A stretch of 64,000 nucleotides of DNA from Eledone cirrhosa (taxonomy: Eukaryota). Below are positions 14,356 to 27,555 of the stretch, one piece after another. The translations under genes were made by a program, and so were the position numbers. Numbering within the stretch: the first letter of the stretch is position 1; every line of letters starts with the position of its first letter. The stretch spans positions 7,874,001 to 7,938,000 of the forward strand of contig OZ024757.1 in NCBI GenBank assembly GCA_964016885.1, in the 5' to 3' direction. A model generated the notes under the pieces. It saw only the letters and a program-made list of their open reading frames with translations, was not told where the DNA came from and did no database searches.

Positions 14356-14932
14356 CATCATCATCATCAGGTCGAGGTTGCTCTCCTTTTTAGCTTTCAA
14401 TAGCTGGATATACACTTGCGGTTGCTACTCCATACAAGTGAAAGCAGTACTCTGTGTTACAGCGGTTGTGCCTCACCGAAACATCCAAACAATAGTTGAT
14501 ATGATCGCCTTGCCACTAGTAGTATGAACCAAATTCACAGTTACTTGATCATTTCTTTATCTACTGATCCGACATCCTTCCTACCAATGTCGTCGTTTAA
14601 CCCAGTCAAGATTGGTTTGACAGATTGCCTATCAAGGCCAAAGAGCTCTGTCCACCCTGGCTTTGAAATCAGAATGGTCCCTCTCCTAAACAGATTGCCG
14701 ACCAAGGCTACCAAATATATACTATATACTCATTTACACTATTTTTGGATGGCCGTTGACTCTTATTAGTTCTTCCGCCCTTTGTCAGGTTTTGTTTTTG
14801 TCCTGCAGGATGTCCAAAATCACCCTCCTCACCAAGTAAACTTGATGGGGTTGCCGGTTTAGTCGCCGACGACCCGACCATGTGAGAGGTTGTACTGGGT
14901 TACATGTTACCAGTAGCACTTGAGAGTGACCT

Positions 14933-14935
<3 letters not shown>
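14356..14935 (-). mobile_element. putative non-autonomous RTE-derived element or SINE with (GAT)n tail
   Basis: GC-richer non-coding block between TA tracts, ending on the minus strand in the RTE-type tail. Family not established. Confidence 0.4.
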
Positions 14936-14979
<44 letters not shown>

Positions 14980-15265
14980 TTAATTTTGGTGTGTATATAC
15001 ATTTTTTCTTCTAACTTTGATTTTATACCTAATTGTGTATGGTTGACGATATATTTAATCGATTCCCACGTGCTGTTGGAAATGCTGGGTAAATATTCTA
15101 TGGCTGTTTATCTATTATTTCTTCATAGGTGTCTTTTAATCTTATAGCCTGGTTTAATTGGTTTTTTGTGTGGTTAATTATGCTGATTGGGAGAGGAAAT
15201 GGTGTATATATTTTATCAAATGTTTCTATGGACATACTTTATTATATATACATTTATATATTTTT

Positions 15266-15646
15266 GGAGGCACATGGCTTAGTGGTTAGAGCATTGGCCT
15301 TGCAATCGGTTGTGAGTTCAATTCTCAGACTTGATGTGTTGTTTCCTTGAGCAAGACACTTTATTTCACATTGCTCCAGTTTACTCAGCTGTAGAAATGA
15401 GATGATAGGAATGGCATCCCTATCATTCCACTGTAAAGTGGTCATGGAGGTACCACGGCAAAACAAGGCACCCAGCCCGCACTGTAAAGTGGACGTGTAG
15501 GTGCCACGGCAAAAAAGCACCCAGCACTCACTGTAAAAGAGGTTGGTGTTAGGAAGGGCATCCAGCTGTAGAAATCAAGCCAGAATCAGTTCCCGTCCCA
15601 CCCTTGCAAGCAGGGAAAAGCGGACGTAAAATGATGATGATGATGA
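15266..15646 (+). mobile_element. tRNA-derived SINE (type A) with CORE-like middle and RTE-derived 3' end
   Basis: A box TGGCTTAGTGG, B box GAGTTCAATTC, CCTTGAGCAAGACACTT core-like motif, and a tail matching RTE ends. Confidence 0.85.
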
Positions 15647-15976
15647 TTTATATTAAGTTTTTTTCGATTTTTAGATAATCTGTGGTCGTGAGTTCAATTT
15701 TCACCTCGGATTTTAGGTTAAAATAATTTTAATGTTATTTTTTTTTTGTTATTGCTTTAGTTGCTCAATCGACCAGGGCAATGCTGGGGCAACACTTCCA
15801 ATATATTATTTTGTTAATATCGGCCCCAGTACATTAAAGGATTTCTACTTTATATTAGTTTTACAATACTCAGTTTATGTTTATATTAAAGGGGAACATA
15901 AACATATTTTAGATTGTGGAGGGGCATGTAGCAGAAAAATTTGGGAACAACTGATATATATATATATATATATGGT

Positions 15977-16008
<32 letters not shown>

Positions 16009-16071
16009 CATAACATATATATACATATATAATCTATATATATATATATGCGTGTGTGTGTGTGCGCGCGC

Positions 16072-16136
<65 letters not shown>

Positions 16137-16748
16137 AACATGCACATATCCATAAATATATATATACGTGTGTGTCCTTTCTGCACCATGCCCCTCCTCA
16201 ATCTAAAATATGTTTATGTGCCCCTTTAATATAAAAATAAACTCGAAAATATAAACAAACTTCTCGTAGGTGCTGCCAGATACACGATAACATGTGTAGA
16301 CGAAGTGTAACTGGAAGTTGGGTCGTATTATATCACTTTAAAATTGACCCCTATTATATTCAAATTAACCCCAGTGGGTCGTGCACCCCTCGTTGGGAAT
16401 CCCTGATATATAAATATATGTGAGCATGTTACTATGACTGCTATTTCTAGCAGATTTACTGCTGTCCTGTAGAATCACAACACAAACCGGAAGTGGCAAC
16501 CATTAAAAAACTTTGGCTTAAAATCAGTGAAAATATTTTAAACTAGAAAATTTTATGTAAACAAACCCGGAGGTTTTTGCCAAGAAAGATAACTCTTGTC
16601 TTACTTAATCGCAAAAAATCGAGACAAAAATTTTGCGGGTCCTGGTTGTTGGTATTTGACTGTTATTTCTAGCATATATGGACACTTTAGAAATAGCAGC
16701 GAAAACGGAATGAGGGTACACACACCCACATATATATATATCTGTGTG

Positions 16749-16815
<67 letters not shown>

Positions 16816-16845
16816 AGATCAAAAGATGGTTAAAAGAGTTCCATG

Positions 16846-16916
16846 TATTTTATTATGCGCATTTCAAAAACAAATATCATCACGCAATAACATTTGTGTT
16901 TTCATCAGATAAAATA
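16846..16916 (-). ncRNA. type I hammerhead ribozyme motif
   Basis: Minus strand: TATTTTAT-CTGATGA-stem II-GAAA-TGCGCA-TA-ATAAAATA. Confidence 0.8.
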
Positions 16917-17452
16917 GGAAGACATGATATGAAGGTTAAAGAACACTTGTGAATAGTGCAGTTTTAAATCAACATATGAAAAGTAGTTTTAGACTGATGT
17001 GTGATATTGGGAAAAAGTTTTTGAGGGCGGGGGTAGGTTGGAAAGGATGAAAAAGAGGAGGAGATGAGAGTAAAAAGTGGAGGGGGAGGAGTATAATGAG
17101 GAATGATGAGATAGGAGGAGAGATGGGTGGTAGAGAGAGAGAGATAGCTTTTATAACTGAGAAAAATATATTGTTTTACATAGAGAGGTTAAAAAACGGT
17201 TTTTAACCTCTCTATGTAAAATAATATATTTTTCTCAGTTATAAAAGCTATCTCTCCTCCTATCTCATCCTTCTTTATCATACTCCTCCCCTTCCATTCT
17301 TTACTCTCATCTCCTCCTCTTTTTCATCCTTTCCACCACCACGCCTCAATTTTTCCCCCCAATATCACACATCAATCTAAAACTACTTTTCATATGTTGA
17401 TTTAAAACTGCACTATTCACAAGTGTTTGTTAACCTTCATATCATGTCTCCC

Positions 17453-17523
17453 TATTTTATCTGACGAAAACGCAAATGTCAACGCATGATGATATTTGTT
17501 TTTGAAATGCGCATAATAAAATA
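17453..17523 (+). ncRNA. type I hammerhead ribozyme motif
   Basis: Stem I TATTTTAT/ATAAAATA, core CTGACGA 17461-17467, stem II, GAAA 17504-17507, palindromic TGCGCA, ATA triplet with predicted cut after 17515. Confidence 0.8.
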
Positions 17524-17764
17524 CATGGAACTCTTTTAACCATCTTTTGATCTTATATATTATATATATATATATGTATGTATATATACACACACATATA
17601 TATATATATGTGTATGTATGCACGTACACACACACACGATTATATATATATCATGGATATACGCCCCACAGGGAGCAATTTGTATATAATAGGGGCCAAT
17701 TTGAAGCAGAAAAGGTTGGGGACCACTGAAGACAACAAATCGTTCTTTTTATTTTATTACAATT

Positions 17765-18040
17765 GAGTTCAAATCCCGCCAAGGTTAACTTTGCCTTTCA
17801 TCCTTACGGGGTCGATATAATAAAGTACCAGTAATACACTGGGTAATTGCTGGCCTTGTGCCAAAAGTAGAAACAATTATTATTATCATATATATATATA
17901 TATATAATTGTTTATACTTTAGGCACAAGGCCAGCAATCAACCAGTGCATTACTGGTACTTTATTATATCGATCCCGTAAGGATGAAAGGCAAAGTTAAC
18001 CTTGGCGGGATTTGAACTCAGATCGTAAAGGGACGTAACT
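17765..18040. mobile_element. inverted pair of tRNA-derived SINEs (type B, Deu/Nin-domain-like)
   Basis: B box GAGTTCAAATC plus GCCTTTCATCCTTACGGGGTCGATA..AAGTACCAG, with two copies flanking a (TA)n tract. Other copies at ~7140, 18879, 21154 and 52747. Domain name is from memory. Confidence 0.7.
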
Positions 18041-18534
18041 ATGTGAGTGTGTTGCTGAGATTTCTATTTCTAGCAGGTTTACTGCTGTCCTGTAGAGGCA
18101 AAACACAAACCGGAAGTGGCAGCCATTAAAAAACTTTGGCTTAAAATCAGTGAAAATATTTTACACTAGAAAATTTAATGTAAACAAACCCGGGTGTTTT
18201 TGCCAAGAAAGATAACTCTTGGCTTACTTAATCGCAAAAATCATGAGAAAAACTTTGCGGGTGTGCAGTTGTTTTGGTCCTGGTTGTTGGTATTTGACTG
18301 CTATTTCTAGCATTTTATTATTTTAGTTGTTCATTCGACTAAGGCCATGCTGGGGCAACACTTCCAATATATTATCTTGTTAATATCGGCCCCAGTACAT
18401 TAAAGGATTTCTACTTTATTATTAGTAGGTATTACTAAGTATTACAAGGCTCAGTTTGTGTTTATATTAAAGGGGAACATAAACATATTTTAGATTGAGG
18501 AGGGGCATGGTGCAGAAAAGGTTGGGAACTACTG

Positions 18535-18570
<36 letters not shown>

Positions 18571-19107
18571 CACCCAAACATGTATATACACATGTGCGTG
18601 TCCTACCTTATATATATATATATATATATAAACACACATATGTATATATAACATCCAAACACACACACACGCATATATGTACACACACGCACGTATATGT
18701 AATATAGGTGTGTGTGTGTGTGTGTATGTATGCACGTACGCACACACACACACAATTATATATATATCAGGGATATACGCCCCACAGGGAGCAATTTGTA
18801 TATAATAGGGGCCAATTGAAGCAGAAAATGTTGGGGACCACTGAAAACAACAAATCGTTCTTTTTATTTTATTACAATTGAGTTCAAATCCCGCCGAGGT
18901 TAACTTTGCCTTTCATTTTTACGGGGTCGATAAAATAAGGTACCAGTAATACACTGGGTAATTGCTGGCCTTGTGCCAAAAGTAGAAACAATTATCATAT
19001 ATATATATATATACACACACACACACCTATATTACATATAGGTGTGTGTGTGTATGGATGTTATATATACATATGTGTGTATATATATATATATACATCA
19101 TCTCTAT

Positions 19108-19794
19108 CAAAATACACCCCCGTCCCACCACCTCCACCCCATCCACACCGCCCCTTTCAATGTAAAGTTATGTTGGTCCCACAACATCCAGGCCGAAACA
19201 AATGAGATCGTGTAGGTGTCACGACAAAAAACACACAGTCCACGCTGTAAATGTGGCCGTGTAGGCAACACGGTAAAAATCTCCCAGCCCCACACTGTAA
19301 ATGTCGTTGGTGTTAGGAAGGGCATCCGGCTGTAGAAAACCCGCCAGACAGTCCACGCTGTAATGTGGCCGTGTAGGCAACACGGTAAAAACCTCCCAGC
19401 CCCACACTGTAAATGTGGTTGGTGTTAGGAAGGGCATCCAACTGTAGAAAACCCGCCAGACAGTCCACGCTGTAATGTGGCCGTGTAGGCAACACGGTAA
19501 AAACCTCCCAGCCCCACACTGTAAAAGTGGTTGGTATTAGGAAGGGCATCCAGCTGTAGAAAACCCGCCAGACAGTCCACGCTGTAATGTGGCCGTGTAG
19601 GCAACACGGTAAAAACCTCCCAGCCCCACACTGTAAATGTGGTTGGTGTTAGGAAGGGCATCCAACTGTAGAAAACCCGCCAGACAGTCCTATGCAAGCA
19701 AGACAACCACTCTTGCCTCAAGTGGGAAAAACCCCGTCCAAACCCATGCAAGCGTGGAACACGGACGCTAAACCTGATGATGATGATGATGATG

Positions 19795-19795
<1 letters not shown>
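19108..19795 (+). mobile_element. RTE family B 3' UTR with internal 112 bp tandem amplification
   Basis: GACAGTCC at 19347, 19459, 19571 and 19683, followed by a (GAT)n tail. Confidence 0.88.
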
Positions 19796-19829
<34 letters not shown>

Positions 19830-19947
19830 CATTAGTTAAGCAAAACAAGACCACAAATTTCACAAGGAAGACATTATTAAAAGAATGTCAACATATTTTA
19901 GTTTGATGCAAGGAATGTAGAGAATAATAATAATGATATTAATAATA

Positions 19948-20138
19948 ATTGTTTCTACTTTAGGCACAAGGCCAGCAATTATCCCAGTACATTACTGGTA
20001 CTTTATTTTATCGACCCCGTAAGGATGAAAGGCAAAGTTAACCTCGGCGGGATTTGAACACAGACTGTAAAGGGACGTAACTCTGTGCTAGAAGACATGG
20101 GGTCCAACCCTCTACCGATACTGCCAATCCACCGCCCT
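19948..20138 (-). mobile_element. SINE type B, near full length
   Basis: Minus strand head TGGCAGTATCGG ... GTTCAAATC followed by the type B body. Confidence 0.7.
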
Positions 20139-20228
20139 TTAATAATATTAATAATAATAATGTCTGTTTACAATTGTTTCGCTACTCCATATAATATTTC
20201 TGGACCAAATCATCATATATTATTATTG

Positions 20229-21060
20229 AGGCAGGTTGTATGATGCCTGCATACGAACAGCAAGGTTGCATGGCAGTGAGACCTGGGCATTGTGTGCAGA
20301 GGATATACGCAGACTAGAGAGGAACGAAGCTTGCATGCTCCGCTGGATGTGTAACAGTAATATATGTGAACGACAAAGCATAAACGAACTAAGGAAAAAA
20401 TTAGAAATAAGAGGGATCAGATGTTGTTTACTCGAGAGAAGGCTACGTTGGTATGGACACGTGATGCGCATGAAAGTCGATAGCTGTATAACAAAGTGCA
20501 GGGCAATAAAGATAGACGGTAGCCACGGAATAGGCAGACCTAGAAAAACCTGGGACGAGCTGATAAACTCCGACCTCACACACTTACACCTCTCCAAGAC
20601 AATGTCACTGGACCGAGACCTTTGGCGGTACTCAGTAACAGAGAAGACCCGCCTTACCTAAATACACAGTAAAACCTACTACAGCCAGTAGGCATCTCTA
20701 ACAAAATACACCCCGTCCCACCACCCCCACCCCATCCACACCACCCCGTTCTATGTAAAGTTATGTTGGTGCCACAACATCCAGGCCGAAACAAATGAGA
20801 TCGTGTAGGTGTCACGACAAAAAAACACACAGTCCACGCTGTAATGTGGCCGTGTAGGCAACACGGTAAAAACCTCCCAGTTCCACACTGTAAATGTGAT
20901 TGGTGTTAGGAAGGGCATCCAACTGTAGAAAACCTGCCAGACAGTCCTATGCGAGCAAGACAATCACTCTTGCCTCAAGTGGGAATACGCCCGTCCAAAC
21001 CCATGCAAGCGTGGAACACGGACGTTAAACGTTGATGATGATGATGATGATGATGATGAT
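20229..21060 (+). mobile_element. 5'-truncated RTE (family B)
   Basis: ORF 20236-20661 has HGSETW and RLRWYGHV. Nearly identical to 4021-4710. Confidence 0.92.
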
Positions 21061-21112
21061 TGATCTGGTTCAGTTGAAAATAATTAATTATTTTCAACTG
21101 AACCAGATCAAT
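21059..21112. repeat. perfect 54 bp palindrome
   Basis: ATTGATCTGGTTCAGTTGAAAATAATT|AATTATTTTCAACTGAACCAGATCAAT. Confidence 0.9.
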
Positions 21113-21543
21113 AATGATTATATAATGATATATAATCATTATGATATATAATACCGCCGAGGTTAACTTTGCCTTTCATTCTTACCGGGTTGATAAAATA
21201 AAGTACCAGTAATGTACTGGGATAATTGCTGGCCTTGTGCCAAAAAGTAGAAATAATTATTATTAATATTATTATTATTATTCTCTACATTCCTTGCATC
21301 AAACTAAAATATGTTGATATTCTTTTAATAATGTCTTCCTTGTGAAATCTGTGGTCTTGTTTTGCTTAAGTAATGAATATTTCCAGCTCTGTGCACCTAA
21401 CCTCTGCATGAACCCAGCCACCTAGCTGCATTCCACTACATATTGCACATTGAGCACATGCCTTTACGCTTTGGCTTCTAACTAATTCACCAATCTCTCC
21501 TCTCCTATCTCCATCTCTCTCTTTAAGATTGGTTACTCTTGAA

Positions 21544-21605
<62 letters not shown>

Positions 21606-21657
21606 TTACGTGTGTGTATATGTGTGTGTGTGTATGGATGTTATATATACATATGTG

Positions 21658-21688
<31 letters not shown>

Positions 21689-21697
21689 ATATATATA

Positions 21698-21893
21698 TCA
21701 TCATCATCATCATCATTCTACGTCTGCTTTTCCCGGCTTGCAAGGGTGGGCCTGGTCTTATTAAGCACAGCATCTCTCCACTTGTCACGGTCCTTCGTCA
21801 TCACCGTGAGCTTCAACGATCTGAGGTCTGTTCTCACCACCTCCGCCCATGTTTTTCGCGGTCTACCTCTACCACGTCTTCCTTCAACTGGCA
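21698..21893 (-). mobile_element. RTE family C 3' end
   Basis: Similar to the reverse complement of 34097-34290, with (CAT)n. Confidence 0.85.
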
Positions 21894-24800
21894 TTAATTC
21901 GAAGGAAATAGTACATTATATGCAATATTTAATACAGATATGGTTTCTAAAGGACTAGAAATCTCTGATTCAAAGGAGAAATAGTAGTATATATGCAATA
22001 TTTAATACAGAAATAGCTTCTACAAGACTAAAACGCTTTAATTTGAAGAGTATTAATAGATTATATGCAATATTTAATATATAAATAGCTTCTACAGGGC
22101 TAGAACTCATTAATTGAAATCAAATGGTAGTGTATATGCAATATTTAATACAGACATGGCTTCTACGGGGCTGAAACTCTTTAATTTGAAGGGTATTCAT
22201 AGATTATATGCAATATTTAATAAAGAAATGGCTTCTAAGGGAATAAAACTAATATAATTGGGGGAAATAGTAGTATATATGTCATATTTAATAAAGGAAT
22301 GGCTTATAAAGCAGTAGAACTCTTTAATTTGAAGTGTATTAGTAGATTATATGCCATATTTAATACGGAAATGGCTTCTAAAGGATTAAATCTCATTAAT
22401 TCGAGGGAAATAGTAATGTATGTGCAATATTTAATACAGAAATGGCTTCTCAAGGACTAGAAATTTTAATTCAAATAAAATAGTACATTATATGCGATAT
22501 TAAATATGGAAATGGCTTCTTAAGGACAAGAACTCATTAATTCGTAGTAAATAGAAGTGTGTATGCAATATTTAATAAGTAAATAGCTTCCACAGGACTT
22601 GAACTCATTAATTCGAAGGGAATAGTAGTGTATATTCAATATTTAATACAGAAAAGTCTTCTACAGGATGACAACTAATATATTTGGAGGAAATAGAAGT
22701 ATATATGTAATATTTAATACGGAAATAGCTTCCACAGAGCTAGAAACCAGTAATGCGAAGGAAATAGTAGAGTATACACAATATTTAATACAGAAATGGC
22801 TTCTAAAATACTAGAATTATTCAATTTGATGGAAATAGTAGAGTATATGCATTATTTAATAAAGAAATGGCTTCTAAAGAAGTAAAACTAATATAATTGG
22901 AGGAAATAGTAGTATATATGCCATATTTAATACAGAAATGGCTTCTAAAGCACTAGAACTCTTTAATTTTAGGGAAATAGTACAGTATATGCAATATATA
23001 ATACAGAAATGGCTGTCAAAGGACTAGAACTAATATATTTGCAGGAAATAGTAGTATATATGTAATGTCTTCTGAAGCACTAGAACTCTTTAATTTGAAG
23101 GATATTAATAGATTATATGCAATATTTAATACGTAAATAGATTCCACAGGGCTAGAACTCATTAATTTAAAGGAAATATTGCACATACACTACTATTTCC
23201 CTCAAATTTATGAGCTTTACGCCTTTAGAGGCAATTTCCTTATTACATGTGACATATAATCTACTATTTCCTTCGTATTGAAGAGTTCTAGTATTTTAGA
23301 GACCACTTATGTATTAAATATAGCATAAAATCTAGTAATACCCTTCAAATTAATGAGTTTCAGCCCCGTAGAAGCCATTTCTGTATTAAATATTGCATAG
23401 ACACTACTATTTTGTTCAAATTAATGAGTTGTAGCACTGAAGAAGCTATTTATCTATTAAATATTGCATATAATCTATTAATACTCTTCAAATTAAAGAG
23501 CTTTAGTCCTGTAGAAGCCATTTCTGTATTAAATATTGCTTTCATACTACTATTTACAACAAATTAAAAAGTTCTTGTCCTTAAGAAGTCATTTCCATAT
23601 AAAATATGGCATATAATGTACTATTTCCTTTGAATTAAAATTTCTAGTCCTTTTCTAGACTTTTCTGAATTAAATATTGCACATATACAAATATATTCGT
23701 TCTAGTCACTTGACAGCCATTTCTGTATTAAATATGGCATATATACTACTATTTCCTTTGAATTGAGGACTTCTAGTCTTTTAGAAGCCATTTCTGTATT
23801 AAATATTGCATATAATGTACTATTTCCTTTGAATTGAGGAGTTTTCGTCCTGTAGAAGCCATTTCTCTATTAAATATTGCATATAATGTACTATTTCCTT
23901 CAAATTAATGAGATTTAGCCCTTTAGAAACCATTTCTATATTAAATGTTGCATGTAAAATACTATTTCCTTTGAATCGAAGAGTTCTATTCCTTTAGAAG
24001 CCATTTCTGTATTAAATATTGCACATACAATACTGTTTCCCTCAAATTAATGAGCTTTAGTCCTTTAGAAGCCATTTCCGTATTGAGTATAGAATATAAT
24101 CTACCCTTTAAATGAAAGCATTCTAGTCCTTTAGAAGACATTTCTGTATTAAATATGGCGTATATACTATTATTTCCTCAAATTATACTAATTTTACTCT
24201 TTTAGAAGCCATTTCTTATTAAATATAGCATATACTCTACTATTTCTTTCGAATTGAGGCGATGTAGTCTTCTGAAGGCCATTTCTGCATTAAATGTAGC
24301 ATATAATCTACTAATACCCTTCAAATTAATGAGTTTCAGCCCTGTAAAAGCCATTTCTGTATTAAATATTGCATATACACTATAATTTTGTTCAAATTAA
24401 TGAGTTGTAGCACTGTAGAAGCTATTTATCTATTAAATATGGCATATAATCTATTAATACTCTTCAAATTAAAGACTTTTAGTCCTGTAGAAGCCGTTTC
24501 TGTATTAAATATTGCATACATACTACTATTTACTACAAATTAAAGAGATCTTATTCTTAAGAAGCCATTTCCATATTAAATATGGCATATAATGTACTAT
24601 TTCCTTTGAATTAAAAGTTCTAGTCATTTAGAAGCCATTTCTGCATTAAATATTGCGTATACTCTACTTTTTCCTTCAAATTGATGGGTTCTAGCTCTGT
24701 TGAAGCTATTTTTCTATTAAATATTGCATATACTGTACTATTTCCTTTGAATCGAAGAGTTCTATTCTTTAGAAGCAATTTCTGTATTGAATATTGCACA

Positions 24801-26995
24801 TATATTATTATTTCCCTTGAATTAATGAGATTTAGTCCTTTAGAAGCCATTTCCATATTAAATATGGCATATAATCTACTAATACCCTTCAAATTAAAGA
24901 GTTCTACTGCTTTAGAAGCCATTTCTTTATTAAATATTGCATATATACTACTATTTCCTTCAATTATATTAGTTTTACTCCCTTAGAATCCATTCCTTTC
25001 TTAAATATTTCTGAATTAAATATGGCATATAATCTACAAATACCCTTCAACTTAATGACTTTTAGGACTTTACAATGTATTAATGTATTAAATATTGCAT
25101 ATAATGTACTATTTCCTTAGAATTAGTGAGCTTTTGCCCTTTAGAAGCCATTTCTATATTAAATGTTGCATATAATCTACTAATATTCTTCAAATCAGTG
25201 AGTTTTAGTCCTGTAGAAGCCATTTCTTTATTAAGTATGGCATATATAATACTATTTTCTTCGAATTAATGAGCTTTACTCCTTTAGAGACCATTTCTGT
25301 ATTATATCTGGCATATAATCTACTATTTCCTATAAATTGAAAGTTTCTAGTCTTTTAGAGGCAATTTCTGTATTAAATATAGCATATAATGTATTAATGC
25401 CCCTCATATTAATGAATTTCAGCCCTGAAGAAGTTATTTCTGTATTAAATATTGCATATACACTACTATTTCCTTCGAATTAATGAGTTCTAGCCCTGTG
25501 GAATCTATTTACATATTAAATATTGCATAAAATCTATTAATATCCTTCAAATTAAAGAGTTCTAGTGCTTCAGAAGCAATTTCTGTATTAAATATTACAT
25601 ATATACTACTAGTTACTACAAATATATTAGTTCTAGTCCTTTGACAGTGATTTCTGTATTGAATATTGCATATACTGTACTATTTCCTTAAAATTAAAGA
25701 GGTCTAGTATTTTAGAGGCCATTTCTGTATTAAATATTGTGTATACTCTACCATTTCCTTCAAAATACTGGTTTCTAGCTCTGCGGAAGCTATTTCTGTA
25801 TTAAATATTACATATATACTTCTATTTCCTCCAAATATATTAGTTGTCATCCTGTAGAAGACGTTTCTGTATTAAATATACGATATATACTACTATTTGA
25901 TTCAATTTAAAGAGTTCTAGTCCTTCAGAAGCCATTTCCGTATTAAATATGGCATATAATCTAATAATACCCCTCATATTAATGAGTTTTAGTCCTGTAG
26001 AAGCCATTTCATTATTAAATATTCGATATACTCTACTATTTCCATCGAATTAAAGAGATTTCTTCATTTAGAAGCCATTTCTGTATTAAATATGGCATAT
26101 AATCTAACAATAACCCTCATATTAATGATTTTTAGTCTTGTAGAAGCCATTTCTGTAGTAAATATTGCATTTATACTACTATTTGATTCGAATTAAAGCG
26201 TTCTAGTCCTTTAAAAGCCATTTCTGTATTAAATATTGTATATACACTACTATTTCCATCGAATTAATGAGATCCCTCCATTTAGAAGCCATTTCTGTAT
26301 TAAATATGGCACATATACTACTAATAACCCTCATATTAATTAGTTTTAGTCCTGTAGAAGCTATTTCTGTATTAAATATTGCATATACACTACTATTTCC
26401 ATCGAATTAATGATATCCCTGAATTAAAAAGCCATTTCTGTATTAAATATGTTATATAATCTACTAATACCCTCATATTAATGAGTTTTAGTCCTTTAGA
26501 AGGCATTTACGTATTAAATATAGGATATATACTACTATTTTATTCAATTTAAAGAGTTCTAGTCCTTTAGAACCCATTTCTGTATTAAATATGGCATATA
26601 CACTACTAATACCCCTTATATAAATGAGTTTTAGCTTTGTAGAAGACAGTTCTGTATTAAATATTGGATATACAGTATATTTCCATCGAATTAAAGAGAT
26701 CTCTTCATTTAGAAGCAATTTGCGTATTAAATATGGCATATATACTACTAATACCCCTCATATTAATAACTTTTAGTCTTGTAGAAGGCATTTCTGTATT
26801 AAATATTGGATATACATTACTATTTCCATCGAATAAATTAGTTCTCTGCATTTAGAAGCAATTTACGTATTAAATATGGCATATAAACTACTAATACCCC
26901 TCATATTAATGAATTTAGTATTGTTGAAGCAATTTCTCTATTAAATATTGCATATATACGACTATTTCATTCTAATTAAAGAGTTCTAGTCCTTA
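21893..26995. repeat. 71-72 bp satellite block 3 (minus to ~23175, then plus)
   Basis: Monomer variants occur in the same order as 1-4750 from 23142 onward. Confidence 0.95.
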
Positions 26996-26999
26996 TATA

Positions 27000-27555
27000 C
27001 AGCTACCTAGGGTACAGACCTCAGAGAGACACAGAGCCACCTAGGGTACAGATCTTAGAGAGACACAGTCACCTAGGGTACAGACCTTAGAGAGACACAG
27101 TCACCTAGGGTACAGACCTTAGAGAGACACAGAGCCATCTAGGGTACAGACCTCAGAGAGACCCAGAGTCACCTAGGGTACAGACTTCAGAGAGACACAG
27201 AGTCACCTAGGGTACAGACCTCAGAGAGACACAGAGCCACCTAGAGTACAGACCTCAGAGAGACACAGAGTCACCTAGAGTACAGACCTCAGAGAGACAC
27301 AGAGTCACCTAGGGTACAGACCTCAGAGAGACACAGAGCCACCTAGGGTACAGATCTTAGAGAGACACAGAGTCACCTAGGGTACAGACCTCAGACAGAC
27401 ACAGAGTCACCTAGGATACAGACCTTAGAGAGACACAGAGTCACCTAGGGTACAGACCTCAGAGAGACACAGAGCCACCTAGGGTACAGACCTCAGAGAG
27501 ACACAGAGCCACCTAGGGTACAGACCTCAGAGAGACACCCAGTCACCTAAGGTAC
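27000..27555 (+). repeat. 34 bp minisatellite, copy 2
   Basis: Same unit and same satellite junction as at 4755. Confidence 0.95.

Larger units (their letters stand above)
16801..17566. repeat. fold-back inverted duplication (~390 bp arms, centre ~17197), pLTR-like
   Basis: 16801-17196 is the imperfect reverse complement of 17199-17566. Confidence 0.9.

Noticed and set aside
16486-16495. ETS motif ACCGGAAGTG (also ~18109)
   Set aside because: It lies within a duplicated repeat fragment, with no associated gene evidence.
15732-21958. YIYI-rich ORFs
   Set aside because: These come from (TA)n and (TG)n microsatellites.
631-26855. Short ORFs with NTEMASKG repeats
   Set aside because: These are translations of the 71-72 bp satellite, with frequent stops and frame changes.
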